NCBI GenBank assembly: GCA_049965815.1
Contig: JBMFVV010000007.1
Location: 328-64,327, forward strand
Length of the DNA stretch: 64,000 bases
Source: Thermoplasmata archaeon
GTDB lineage: Archaea; Thermoplasmatota; Thermoplasmata; Thermoplasmatales; GCA-001856825
Direction of reading: 5' to 3'
Part shown: piece by piece, positions 19,378 to 28,681 of the stretch
Position numbering within the stretch: position 1 is the first letter of the stretch
How the letters are laid out: every line of letters starts with the position of its first letter
Made by a program: the position numbers and the translations under genes
The notes under the pieces: generated by a model
What the model was told of the DNA's origin: nothing
Database searches by the model: none
What the model saw: the letters and a program-made list of their open reading frames with translations, nothing else

Positions 19378-20917
19378 CTATTGTCTGCGATTGTTCCCTC
19401 AAAAACTGCTGAAGATAATAGAATGACCCTGTCCCTTTGCCAGATGTTCCACTCATCTTCCATCCGACGAATGGCTGGGACCCGACCATTGCACCTGTAG
19501 ATCCTCCCCTCCTCCTGTTGGCATAGATCACTCCGACGTCTGCATTGTTGAAGTAATACTCTATTTCCTTCTTGTCTTCTGAGAAGATTCCACCTGTAAG
19601 TCCATAGTCCATGCTGTTCACAAAGTCTACTGCCTCAGTGAGCGAACCAATTGGTTTCAGCGCAAGAATTGGAAGGAATAACTCGACCTTCTCTATATTT
19701 GTGTCACCGACATTATCCAGGATGGTATTCTCCACGTAGAATCCTTCCCTCGAAATTCTCTTCCCGCCCAGCAGTATCTTATCCTTGGGCACAGTATCCA
19801 TTATCTTCTGGAATTTGTCGTATGCTTCCCTGTTTATTACTGGACCCGCAAATGTTCCCTTCTTCCTCGGGTCATCAATAGAGAGCTTGGAGCTGAATTC
19901 TACAAGCTTCTTCTTGAAGGTATCATATATCTTCTTGTCAATAAGAGCGAGGCTGCACGCGGAACACTTCTGCCCGTTGTAACCGAACGCAGACTTGGCA
20001 ACTCCCTCCACTGCCTTATCGATATCGCACTTCTGGGTGACGATTATTGTGTCCTTCCCTCCCATTTCTGTGATTGCCACCTTTGGTCTCTTCTCCTGTG
20101 ACTCCTTGTATATTTTTGTGCCAATATTCCTGCTTCCGGTGAACACTATCCCATCTACCCCGTCATCTGTGTAGAGTGTCCTTCCCACTCTTCCTCCAGA
20201 ACCGGAGAGATACATCAAGTTCGCCTTAGGTACTCCTGCCCTGTGCATCAATTCCACGAACTTGTACGAGGAAAGGGGGATGTCTGATGATGGTTTCAGT
20301 ATGACGCTATTACCAGTTACCAGCGGCCCACTAACCATTCCTACTGTAATTGAAAAGAAGTTGAATGGAGCAATCACCAGAAACACTCCATACGGTTTCA
20401 TGACGCTCCTGGAATCCTCTCCATAATATGCGGTGCCTGTGAATCTTTCAAATCCTTGGTTTTCTATAAGGTTCAGGGCATAATATCGCATGAAATCTAT
20501 TGCCTCATCCACATCTCCAAATGCTTCGTATCTGTTCTTTCCGTTCTCATAGCTCAGGAGTGCCGAGAAATCGAACTTCTCCTGCGAAAGCAGATCAGCT
20601 GCCTTCAGGAAAATTTGTGCTCTGCCCAGGTAGCCCTTTGAATACCAACTTTTGTAGTTTTCTCTGGCTATCTTTACTGCGCGCTCTGAAGTCTCTTTCG
20701 TGGACATCTGGAACTTTCCAACCTGAGTTTTTGCGTCAAGAGGAGATAGATGAACCAGTTTCTCCTCTTCGAATACTTCGCCGTTAACGAGATTTGGGTA
20801 TTCCTTGTCGAACAGTTTTGTCACGTTCACAACGCTTTCATCGAACTTTTTATGAAATAGATCTTCTTCATTCCTTTCAACCATTTTGATATAGGTATTT
20901 TCGTTGTCAAATGGCAT
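19370..20917 (-). CDS. aldehyde dehydrogenase family, L-glutamate gamma-semialdehyde (1-pyrroline-5-carboxylate) dehydrogenase-like
   Basis: 515 aa. Catalytic regions ITEMGGKDTIIV and FGYNGQKCSACS match RocA/PruA-type P5C dehydrogenases. Confidence 0.8.
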   Translation of the reverse strand: MPFDNENTYIKMVERNEEDLFHKKFDESVVNVTKLFDKEYPNLVNGEVFEEEKLVHLSPLDAKTQVGKFQMSTKETSERAVKIARENYKSWYSKGYLGRAQIFLKAADLLSQEKFDFSALLSYENGKNRYEAFGDVDEAIDFMRYYALNLIENQGFERFTGTAYYGEDSRSVMKPYGVFLVIAPFNFFSITVGMVSGPLVTGNSVILKPSSDIPLSSYKFVELMHRAGVPKANLMYLSGSGGRVGRTLYTDDGVDGIVFTGSRNIGTKIYKESQEKRPKVAITEMGGKDTIIVTQKCDIDKAVEGVAKSAFGYNGQKCSACSLALIDKKIYDTFKKKLVEFSSKLSIDDPRKKGTFAGPVINREAYDKFQKIMDTVPKDKILLGGKRISREGFYVENTILDNVGDTNIEKVELFLPILALKPIGSLTEAVDFVNSMDYGLTGGIFSEDKKEIEYYFNNADVGVIYANRRRGGSTGAMVGSQPFVGWKMSGTSGKGTGSFYYLQQFLREQSQTIVR

Positions 20918-21163
20918 AATCCTAAATGCCTAACGAAGTATTAAATTTCTTATTACCAATTGGTTTTGGAATTTCAAAACTAGTTGTAACTGGTTGAACT
21001 GAAATTCCCCCCTCTTAAAATCTAAAACAGGGAGTTCAAAGGTCCACGTCATTTTCTTAGAAAATCTATAGCATGGGAGAAAATAGAGAGAAGTAACGGT
21101 CTATCTTTCCCATTAAGTGACCTTTAAGCTTTTATTCAGAGTCGATATAAGCTAAAGGTCAGA

Positions 21164-22159
21164 GTGAAGTCGGGGCATTTGTACGTAGATGGGTTGGGCG
21201 TATTTGAGGGGGAATCCATCGGTAGAGACGTCGTTTCTCAGGGGGAGCTTGTTTTTACAACATCACCATCAGGCTACATAAAATCCATGACAGACCCGAG
21301 CTACTCTGGGCAGATACTCGTGTTCTCTTTTCCATTCATCGGTTCCTATGGTATTGACGAAAGAGGTGAAAGTGAGCGGCCCAGAGTCAGGGGGGTGGTG
21401 TTAAATCATGTTCCGGAACTACTAAAGCCTGAGTTATCTAACTATCTGGAGAAATGGGGAATACCTGGCCTGATAACGAGGGATACCCGTAAAATAGTGG
21501 ACTACGTCAGGACGAAAGGGAATAAGCTGGGTGCTTTCGGGACGGATGAATTTGTCGATCCATACAGGTCAAATCTCATTAATGAGAACCTAGAAAACAG
21601 GGAACAACTGGAAGGAAATCTTCTCGTGATAGACCTCGGCTACAAAAGGAACATTTTAGATCATCTTGTGGACTACGAAGTATCATTGGTCCCATATGAT
21701 AAGTTTAATCTGAAGATGCTGGAAAAGGTGGATGGTGTGCTGATATCGAACGGCCCTGGCGATCCGACACATAAGGACCTAGTTGAATTTGTGAAGAAGT
21801 TGAAGGTAGTAATTGAGAAAAAACCAACCTTGGGGATATGTCTGGGGCATCAGTTATTGTCTCTCTCATTAGGAATGAAGACAGAAAAGATGAAATTTGG
21901 GCACAGGAGTATCAACCACCCTGTGGAAGACCTTTCCACCGGTAAGGTGGGCATTACAACACACAATCACGGATTTACCGTTATGTTTGATGGAACATCC
22001 GGGGCGATAGAGAGATACCGCTCCATGAATGACGGAACGAACGAAGGTATAGAAGGGAAGAACTTTCTTACAACACAGTTTCATCCAGAAGGCGGTCCAG
22101 GGCCGGTTGACGAACTTAACATTTTCTTAGAATTCAGGAGAATGATGAATGAACGCTGA
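21164..22159 (+). CDS. carA: carbamoyl-phosphate synthase small (glutaminase) subunit
   Basis: 331 aa, GTG start. TDPSYSGQILVFSFPFIGSYG and the triad region GICLGHQLL ... QFHPE. Confidence 0.9.
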   Translation: MKSGHLYVDGLGVFEGESIGRDVVSQGELVFTTSPSGYIKSMTDPSYSGQILVFSFPFIGSYGIDERGESERPRVRGVVLNHVPELLKPELSNYLEKWGIPGLITRDTRKIVDYVRTKGNKLGAFGTDEFVDPYRSNLINENLENREQLEGNLLVIDLGYKRNILDHLVDYEVSLVPYDKFNLKMLEKVDGVLISNGPGDPTHKDLVEFVKKLKVVIEKKPTLGICLGHQLLSLSLGMKTEKMKFGHRSINHPVEDLSTGKVGITTHNHGFTVMFDGTSGAIERYRSMNDGTNEGIEGKNFLTTQFHPEGGPGPVDELNIFLEFRRMMNER

Positions 22160-25115
22160 TTCTTCACCAAGAAAGACCCTCCTGATAGGTTCCGGACCTA
22201 TAGTCATCGGGCAGTCGGCAGAATTCGACTATTCAGGCAACCAGGCCTTGAAGGCACTGGCTGGGGAAGGAATACAGGTTGTGGTGGTAAATTCCAATCC
22301 TGCTACAATTCAAACAGATGTTAGGGAAAATGTGAAGCCTGTGATGGTGCCTCTGGATGAGGAAAGCGTGAAAGAGGTCATAGAGAGGGAGAAGCCGGAT
22401 TCTATCCTAGGTACATTTGGAGGACAGACGGGACTGAACATTCTGGTTTCCCTATGGAAATCTGGATACCTGGAGTCCAAAAATGTCAGGGTTCTTGGAA
22501 CAAGTCCAGAAGCTGTAGAAATCGCGGAGGACAGGATGAAATTCAGGGATAAGATGATAGAGATTGGGGAACCGGTACTTGAATCATTCTACTGTTCATC
22601 TGTGCAGGAGGCGGTGAAATTTGCAAAACAGATCGGTTTTCCCATAATTGTTAGGCCATCATTCACCTTGGGGGGCACCGGAGGGGGTATTGCAAGGGAT
22701 GTCGAAGAGCTGAGATCTATCGTGGAGCAGGGACTCTACCTTTCCAGGGTCGGATCAATTCTGCTGGAACGGTCAGTCATAGGTTGGAACGAACTTGAGG
22801 TGGAGGTTGTCAGGGATGCAAAGGGAAACAAGATTGCAGTCTGTACAATGGAAAACATTGACCCGATGGGTGTTCACACGGGTGACAGTATAGTTGTCGT
22901 TCCCTTTCTCACACTCAATGACAAGAACTACCAGAGGATAAGGAACTCAGCCTTAAAAATAGCTGAGGCATTAAACATAGTAGGGGCATGCAACGTTCAA
23001 TTTGCTTTCAATAACAAGACCGAAGAATATTTCATCATAGAAGTTAACCCAAGGCTCTCCAGATCATCAGCACTTGCTTCAAAGGCAACCGGTTACCCTA
23101 TAGCCAGGGTTGCCGCTTTCATAGCACTGGGGAAGAACCTGAATGAGATAGAGAACGTTGTTACAGGGGAAAAGAATTCAGCAAGGGAACCTGCAATTGA
23201 TTATGTTGTAGTAAAGTGTCCCGTTTGGCCTACGGAAAAATTCCCTGAAGAAAATTTTGAACTGGGGACGCAGATGAAGAGTACTGGAGAAGTCATGGCC
23301 ATTGGGAAGAATGTGGCAGAAGCCTTCAGGAAGGTGATAAGGTCTTCAGGAATGATGAATAGGAAGGTAACGTTCAACGAAGCACTTCTTTCGTCACCAA
23401 ATCCAGAAAGACCGAAGCAGATTTTCGAGGCATTCAAGAAGGGGTATACCCTTGAGAAGATATCAGAAATGACGGGCTGGCAAATGCTATTCATTTCTGA
23501 GCTGGTGAGAGCATTTGAGCAGGAATATCCATTCAGTGGATTCTCTGTGGTAGATACCTGTGCAGGGGAATTTGACGTTAAAACCCCGTATTTCTACTCC
23601 TCAAATCCAGGGGAGAAAATCGGAGGGGACGTTATGGTGCTTGGCGGGGGTCCCATCACAATCGGACAGGGGATAGAATTTGATTACAGTTGCGTCCATG
23701 TTTCTCGTTTGTTGAGGCAGAGGGGGCTGGGTGTAATCATGGTCAACGACAATCCAGAAACTGTTTCCACCGATTTTGACGAGAGCAGCTTCCTGGTCTT
23801 TGATCCGGTCGACTTTGAAACGGTGAAGAATGTGGTGGAGAATTCTTCAGTAACTTCACTCATCCCATGGTTCGGGGGACAGAGACCGATAAATATTCTG
23901 GGTAAGATAAAGGAACACTTTGGTGAAAGTTTAAAGATACTCGGAACAAGTGTGGAAACTGTGGATATGTTGGAAAACAGGGAAAAATTCGCAGGTCTCA
24001 TGAAAGAGATGGGGATACCTTACCCTGAATTTCTGTTCACGGACACTGATTCCTTCCTGGAAGATGTGAAGAAGATTTCATTTCCTGTGATAGTGAGGCC
24101 ATCATATACCATTTCTGGGGCGCATATGGCAATCTTGAACTCTGTAGAAGAGGCGGAAGAATATCTAAGGTACCATGGGAGATTTGTAGGAGAATTCCTA
24201 GTTGAAAGGTATCTCGGGAGCTCAGTGGAAGCTGAAATTGATGCAGTTTCCGATGGAGAAAATGTTCTGATCCCTGGAATAATTGAGCACATCGAGGAAG
24301 CAGGAATCCACTCCGGAGACTCAACCAGCATATTCCCCTCCGTCAATATACCAAATCATGTGCAAGCTACAATGAAGGAATACTCAAAAATGATCTGCAG
24401 GAAACTAAGCATAATAGGGCCTGTGAACATTCAGTTTGCAGTAAAGGATGACATAGTTCACATAATAGAAATCAACCCGAGGTCATCAAGGACCTTTCCT
24501 TTCGTTTCCAAAGTTTCGGGAATAAACATGTCAGATATTGCAACACGGGTTCTTCTTGGCGACAAGATAGAGGGTATCAAGACAAGAAGCGGTGTTGTCG
24601 GGGTAAAATTGCCAATTTTCCCATTTGACAAGCTTAAGGGTTCTGATGTAGTTTTAGGCCCAGAAATGAAGAGCACAGGAGAAGTCATCGGCTTAGGTAA
24701 AGACCTGAAAGAAGCCATAAAGATGGGGTACAGGGCAGCGGGATATGACATCAGCAAAGAAGGGGTCATATTTTCCGTACCTTCCAAGAAAATGAACGAA
24801 TTCCTTGGAATAGCCAAGATTATATACGATTCAGGAAGGGTAATATACAGCACTGAAGGAACACATGAGAGACTAAAGAAATACGGCATAACCACAGTCA
24901 AAATAAAGAAAATTTATGAAGGGAACCCTAATACGATAGATTTATTAAGAGCGGGCAATATTTCAGCTGTCATAAACATACTCTCCGATAATTACAAGTC
25001 TGAAAGCGACGGAAAAATGATGCGAAGGAACTGCTATGAAAAAAAGGTTCTATATATAAGCGCAAAAACACAGGCTGCTGCATTTGCGGAGACCGTCAAG
25101 CCATCCAATGCATGA
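22149..25115 (+). CDS. carB: carbamoyl-phosphate synthase large subunit
   Basis: 988 aa. Two ATP-grasp halves (LLIGSGPIVIGQSAEFDYSG... and VLGGGPITIGQGIEFDYS...) and a C-terminal MGS-like domain. Overlaps carA by 11 nt. The linker between the halves looks ~50 aa shorter than in E. coli CarB (from memory). Confidence 0.95.
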   Translation: MNADSSPRKTLLIGSGPIVIGQSAEFDYSGNQALKALAGEGIQVVVVNSNPATIQTDVRENVKPVMVPLDEESVKEVIEREKPDSILGTFGGQTGLNILVSLWKSGYLESKNVRVLGTSPEAVEIAEDRMKFRDKMIEIGEPVLESFYCSSVQEAVKFAKQIGFPIIVRPSFTLGGTGGGIARDVEELRSIVEQGLYLSRVGSILLERSVIGWNELEVEVVRDAKGNKIAVCTMENIDPMGVHTGDSIVVVPFLTLNDKNYQRIRNSALKIAEALNIVGACNVQFAFNNKTEEYFIIEVNPRLSRSSALASKATGYPIARVAAFIALGKNLNEIENVVTGEKNSAREPAIDYVVVKCPVWPTEKFPEENFELGTQMKSTGEVMAIGKNVAEAFRKVIRSSGMMNRKVTFNEALLSSPNPERPKQIFEAFKKGYTLEKISEMTGWQMLFISELVRAFEQEYPFSGFSVVDTCAGEFDVKTPYFYSSNPGEKIGGDVMVLGGGPITIGQGIEFDYSCVHVSRLLRQRGLGVIMVNDNPETVSTDFDESSFLVFDPVDFETVKNVVENSSVTSLIPWFGGQRPINILGKIKEHFGESLKILGTSVETVDMLENREKFAGLMKEMGIPYPEFLFTDTDSFLEDVKKISFPVIVRPSYTISGAHMAILNSVEEAEEYLRYHGRFVGEFLVERYLGSSVEAEIDAVSDGENVLIPGIIEHIEEAGIHSGDSTSIFPSVNIPNHVQATMKEYSKMICRKLSIIGPVNIQFAVKDDIVHIIEINPRSSRTFPFVSKVSGINMSDIATRVLLGDKIEGIKTRSGVVGVKLPIFPFDKLKGSDVVLGPEMKSTGEVIGLGKDLKEAIKMGYRAAGYDISKEGVIFSVPSKKMNEFLGIAKIIYDSGRVIYSTEGTHERLKKYGITTVKIKKIYEGNPNTIDLLRAGNISAVINILSDNYKSESDGKMMRRNCYEKKVLYISAKTQAAAFAETVKPSNA

Positions 25116-25303
25116 GAGCTTAAATATGTCTTGGCACATCAACAGATATATCTTTAAAATGTGCTAGCGATTCAATTTTTTCGAGGTAAATCAAAATCTA
25201 GATAAGAAAATCAAGAGTTAACTACAGTTAGGATTATTAAGTCCATTTAGAATCCTTTGGCATGAAATTAAATTCAGAAAAGTAATATCGAACAGGGAGA
25301 CCT

Positions 25304-25705
25304 ATGAGTAAACTATCTATTGTCGTTTTCAGCGGAACCACTGACAAATTGCTTTCGGTCGGAGTTTTGGCACAGGCAGCCGCTGCAATGGGCACAGAGG
25401 TCAGGCTTTTTGTGACTTTCTGGGGTCTGTTGGGATTCACAAAAGGAGAGAAGAAGATGATTCTTCCAAAAGAGTTCGAAAGCATGGGACCTGCTTTGAT
25501 GGAAGGGTTGAAGAGGGAAAAAGTTAGCTCGTGGTACGACATGATAAAGGAAGCAAAGGAATTCGGAGCCAAGGTTTACGCCTGCTCCATGGCGTGCGGT
25601 GTGATGAGCATTAAGAGAGAAGACTTGGATCCAATCGTGGACGACATGGTGGGTGCTGCAACATTCCTTCAGCAAGCAGAAGACGGGCAGATGCTCTTCA
25701 TCTGA
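25304..25705 (+). CDS. DsrE/DsrF-like sulfur-relay family protein (DrsE_2/COG2210-type)
   Basis: 133 aa. MSKLSIVVFSGTTDKLLSVGVLAQAAAAMG...VTFWG... and a cysteine pair in YACSMACG, the pattern of DsrE-like proteins. Confidence 0.65.
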   Translation: MSKLSIVVFSGTTDKLLSVGVLAQAAAAMGTEVRLFVTFWGLLGFTKGEKKMILPKEFESMGPALMEGLKREKVSSWYDMIKEAKEFGAKVYACSMACGVMSIKREDLDPIVDDMVGAATFLQQAEDGQMLFI

Positions 25706-25715
25706 GGTGATAAAA

Positions 25716-25949
25716 ATGGATGCAGTTAAGATAATCGATTCAAGGGGGGCGGCATGCCCCGGCCCGATAACTGATCTTGCAAAGGCTTACAGAAACTCAA
25801 AGGTTGGGGATATATTTGAGCTCTGGGCTACTGACAAGGGAGTCAAAGCGGATGCCCAATCATGGGCTACAAAGACCGGTAACGAGATACTAGAAGTGAA
25901 GGAAGATCCGGAAAAGATATCTATAAAGATTAAAATAAACAAGAGATAA
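25716..25949 (+). CDS. TusA/SirA-family sulfurtransferase
   Basis: 77 aa from the ATG at 25716, preceded by GAGGTGA. DSRGAACPGPITDL carries the conserved CPxP active-site motif. The ORF-track start at 25653 overlaps the DsrE-like gene and is rejected. Confidence 0.8.
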   Translation: MDAVKIIDSRGAACPGPITDLAKAYRNSKVGDIFELWATDKGVKADAQSWATKTGNEILEVKEDPEKISIKIKINKR

Positions 25950-25962
25950 GCTGACGATAACA

Positions 25963-27147
25963 ATGAAGAAGGTACTGATAATAGGTGGCGGAGGCGGAGG
26001 ATTAATCCTAGCCAACCATCTAGATACCAATGAATACGATGTGACTGTCGTTGACAAGAGCGATCTGCACTTCTATCAACCTTGGTTCCTTTACATCGCC
26101 TTCAAGGGTTCCAAGAGAAAAATTTCCAGACCAATGGGCGAGTTGCTCAAACCTGGTGCAAATTTCGTGAAAGACGAGATCTCTTCAATCAATTTGGACG
26201 AGAGGAAAGTCTACGGGTCAAGGAAGGGGATCTACAACTATGACTATCTGGTGATAGCTACAGGCACGAATCCAGACCCAGACTCAATCCCTGGGCTGAG
26301 ACAGATTTACGATGAATATGGGGACTATCACACGAACGTCTGGAACTCCCAGAAGCTGTGGTCCAGCATCAGCAATTTCAAGGGTGGGACCATTGCAATA
26401 GGGCAAGCTTCTCCGACGTGCAAGTGCCCTCCTTCGTTGCTTGAGGGTGCGTTCCAGCTTGAAGAACACCTTAAGGAAGTGGGTTTGAAGGAAAAGTCAA
26501 GGATAGTATTCTTCACTCCATTTCCGAGGGCGTATCCAGCAGAACCAATGAACAAGGTTGTAGAACCAATGGTGAAGGAGAGAGGAATTGAGGTAATGCC
26601 GTTTTTCGATGTGGATACAATAGATCCACAGACGAAGACCATAACATCCCTCGAAGGAGACTCGTTAAAGTATGATCTTCCGATAATAGTTCCACCCTGT
26701 AAGGGTACCAAGATAAAAATAGTCCCAGAGACGGTTCAGGATGAGGACAGATTCATCAAGGCTGACAAGAAGCTTATGAAGATCATTGGATATGACGATG
26801 CATTTGCAGTTGGCGACTGCAATACCCTTCCTACGTCTAAAACTGGCGTTACAGCCCATCTAGAAGCCATGGCTGTTGCAGACATCATTCAGGGCAAGTA
26901 TTCAGAGTTCAATGGAAGAATAAACTGCCCATTCGATACCGCGTACGGGAAGGCGACATTTGTGATCGCTGATTATAACAATCCAGTTGCGCCATACCCG
27001 CCTACGAGATTCAAGCACATGATGAAGATGACGATGGCAAGAATATACTGGATGACACTAATGGGTACTGCAGACCCCATTTTCGACCAGTTCTTCAAGT
27101 TTACCAGGCCAGAAAAACTCAACAAGAAGTACGCAACGGCAGATTAA
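25963..27147 (+). CDS. sulfide:quinone oxidoreductase-like FAD-dependent pyridine-nucleotide-disulfide oxidoreductase
   Basis: 394 aa. N-terminal Rossmann KKVLIIGGGGGGL, HFYQPW motif, cysteines in PTCKCPPSLLE and INCPFD at positions analogous to SQR redox cysteines, and GDCNTLPTSKTG. The SQR subtype cannot be assigned by eye. Confidence 0.65.
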   Translation: MKKVLIIGGGGGGLILANHLDTNEYDVTVVDKSDLHFYQPWFLYIAFKGSKRKISRPMGELLKPGANFVKDEISSINLDERKVYGSRKGIYNYDYLVIATGTNPDPDSIPGLRQIYDEYGDYHTNVWNSQKLWSSISNFKGGTIAIGQASPTCKCPPSLLEGAFQLEEHLKEVGLKEKSRIVFFTPFPRAYPAEPMNKVVEPMVKERGIEVMPFFDVDTIDPQTKTITSLEGDSLKYDLPIIVPPCKGTKIKIVPETVQDEDRFIKADKKLMKIIGYDDAFAVGDCNTLPTSKTGVTAHLEAMAVADIIQGKYSEFNGRINCPFDTAYGKATFVIADYNNPVAPYPPTRFKHMMKMTMARIYWMTLMGTADPIFDQFFKFTRPEKLNKKYATAD

Positions 27148-27152
27148 TTCTC

Positions 27153-27170
27153 TTTCCTTTTTTTATTTTT
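27153..27170 (+). terminator. oligo-T tract (archaeal-type terminator candidate) between convergent genes
   Basis: TTTCCTTTTTTTATTTTT lies immediately after the SQR-like stop codon. Archaeal RNA polymerase terminates at oligo-T runs. Confidence 0.35.
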
Positions 27171-27225
27171 CAGATTTACATTTTTCAATTTTGTAGATTT
27201 CACAAGGTTTACTGTTAGTATAAAG

Positions 27226-27615
27226 TCAGGGCCCAAGTAGCTTTATCGCTGCGCTTATGGGAACGATGCAAATCATTTTCATGTCCTCCTTTGCGTAAAT
27301 GGTGTGTTCTACCCACCCTGGAATGAAAAGAAAATGATTTTCATCAACTGGAAATTTTTTACCATCCAGTACTGCTTCACCTTTTCCTTCAATTAAGAAT
27401 ATTTCATGTTCGTAATCATGGCTGTGATTTGGGGTTGACTTGCCCTTTGGAACTGTTATCAGTCTCATAGAGAAATTCTTTGCTCCATCCCTGTGGGTTA
27501 TAAGCCATCTAATTTTCCCCCCGCCATCCAGGTCCAGCTCTTCAACCTCTGAAGCTTCTTTTACGACAGGCTGAGTCATGTTCACGTATTGCAATTTTCT
27601 ATTTAACGTGGTCAC
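27226..27615 (-). CDS. cupin domain protein
   Basis: 129 aa. Two-motif cupin signature: PNHSHDYEHEIFLIEGKG ... GWVEHTIYA. Confidence 0.7.
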   Translation of the reverse strand: MTTLNRKLQYVNMTQPVVKEASEVEELDLDGGGKIRWLITHRDGAKNFSMRLITVPKGKSTPNHSHDYEHEIFLIEGKGEAVLDGKKFPVDENHFLFIPGWVEHTIYAKEDMKMICIVPISAAIKLLGP

Positions 27616-28160
27616 ATCTTTTCCTTATTTGGGTTTGGCCATGGGAAAAGTACCTCATCTATCTTTTTTCTCTTGTTTGCTGCAAGTGACATCATAAATA
27701 TAAGGGAAGAAAGCCTATTGAGGTACTGCAAAGACAACGGGTTGACTTTTTCTACCATGCTCAATTCAACCAATCTTCTCTCAGCCCTCCGAGTAACAGT
27801 TCTAGAAAGTTGAAGACTTGCCGCCTCCTGTGAGCCACCTGGGACGACGAAAAGCTTAATCTCCCCGATCTCCTTCAAGTAAACAGCTATCCTAGTTTCC
27901 ATCCATGATACTCCATCGTCACGGAGTTTCCGTCCTTTTCCAGATGTCAGTATTTCCTCCCCTAGATGAAATAGGTCCATCTGAACCTGGGAGATGTCAT
28001 CCCTGATGTCATTCCACGGTATCTGGACCTTTGAATATCCCAAATTGGCAATCAGCTCATCCAAAGTTCCTTCCCATTCGATAATTGGGTCATCTTTTTT
28101 GAGTCTCTTCCCCGAAGCAGTATCAGTTTCTCCGGAATCGCCTCGTCTAGAATACACCAT
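27612..28160 (-). CDS. ATP:cob(I)alamin adenosyltransferase, PduO/MMAB type
   Basis: 182 aa. RRGDSGETDT...DDPIIEWEGTLDELIANLG and RTVTRRAERR are characteristic of the PduO-type family. The stop overlaps the cupin gene start by 4 nt. Confidence 0.8.
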   Translation of the reverse strand: MVYSRRGDSGETDTASGKRLKKDDPIIEWEGTLDELIANLGYSKVQIPWNDIRDDISQVQMDLFHLGEEILTSGKGRKLRDDGVSWMETRIAVYLKEIGEIKLFVVPGGSQEAASLQLSRTVTRRAERRLVELSMVEKVNPLSLQYLNRLSSLIFMMSLAANKRKKIDEVLFPWPNPNKEKM

Positions 28161-28611
28161 TTACAATCGTAATCCCATATATGTTATTTTAGTAATCATC
28201 ATTGCTGAATAGATTCTCCATAGCAACAGGGCAATGTTACACACTTGACGCGTCGTTTACACTGGGTAGATAAGAAATGGTCCAGCTATTTACATTGAGC
28301 ATTACTGGAACTATCCCTACTGGCAATAGGATTACACCGTTTTGTGAAAGAGAACTGTCTAATGCAACATAATGAGCCTAAAATGCCCCAAGCACTGAAA
28401 CTGTTCCAAAAAGTGCCATTGCAATTGTCATTGTGGTTATCTTGGGCAATAGTTTTTCTTATGAATTAGTCTTGACAGGTAACCCTACATCAATTCAAAA
28501 TAAATCTGTATAAGTTCGTTTCACTATGGAAGAAGTGATTTAGTGATTTTCATTAGTAAAGTATGAAAAGAGCTATTCAAATGTAGGTTATTACATTATA
28601 AGATTGAAGGG

Positions 28612-28669
28612 GCAGTGTGATGAATTTAGCCTTAACTGAACATGATGAGTGACAGGCGATCTGATCTGC
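28612..28669 (+). ncRNA. C/D box sRNA (2'-O-methylation guide)
   Basis: Read directly: GCAG-T-GTGATGA(C box)-ATTTAGCCTTAA(12 nt)-CTGA(D')-AC-ATGATGA(C')-GTGACAGGCGAT(12 nt)-CTGA(D)-T-CTGC. The terminal GCAG/CTGC stem, both box pairs and the 12 nt guide spacing match the canonical archaeal C/D sRNA architecture. Confidence 0.8.
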
Positions 28670-28681
28670 TCCTTTATTTTC

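Noticed and set aside
25653-25949. Extended 98 aa version of the TusA ORF.
   Set aside because: It overlaps the DsrE-like gene's 3' end. The ATG at 25716 has a GAGGTGA ribosome-binding site and gives the normal ~77 aa TusA length.
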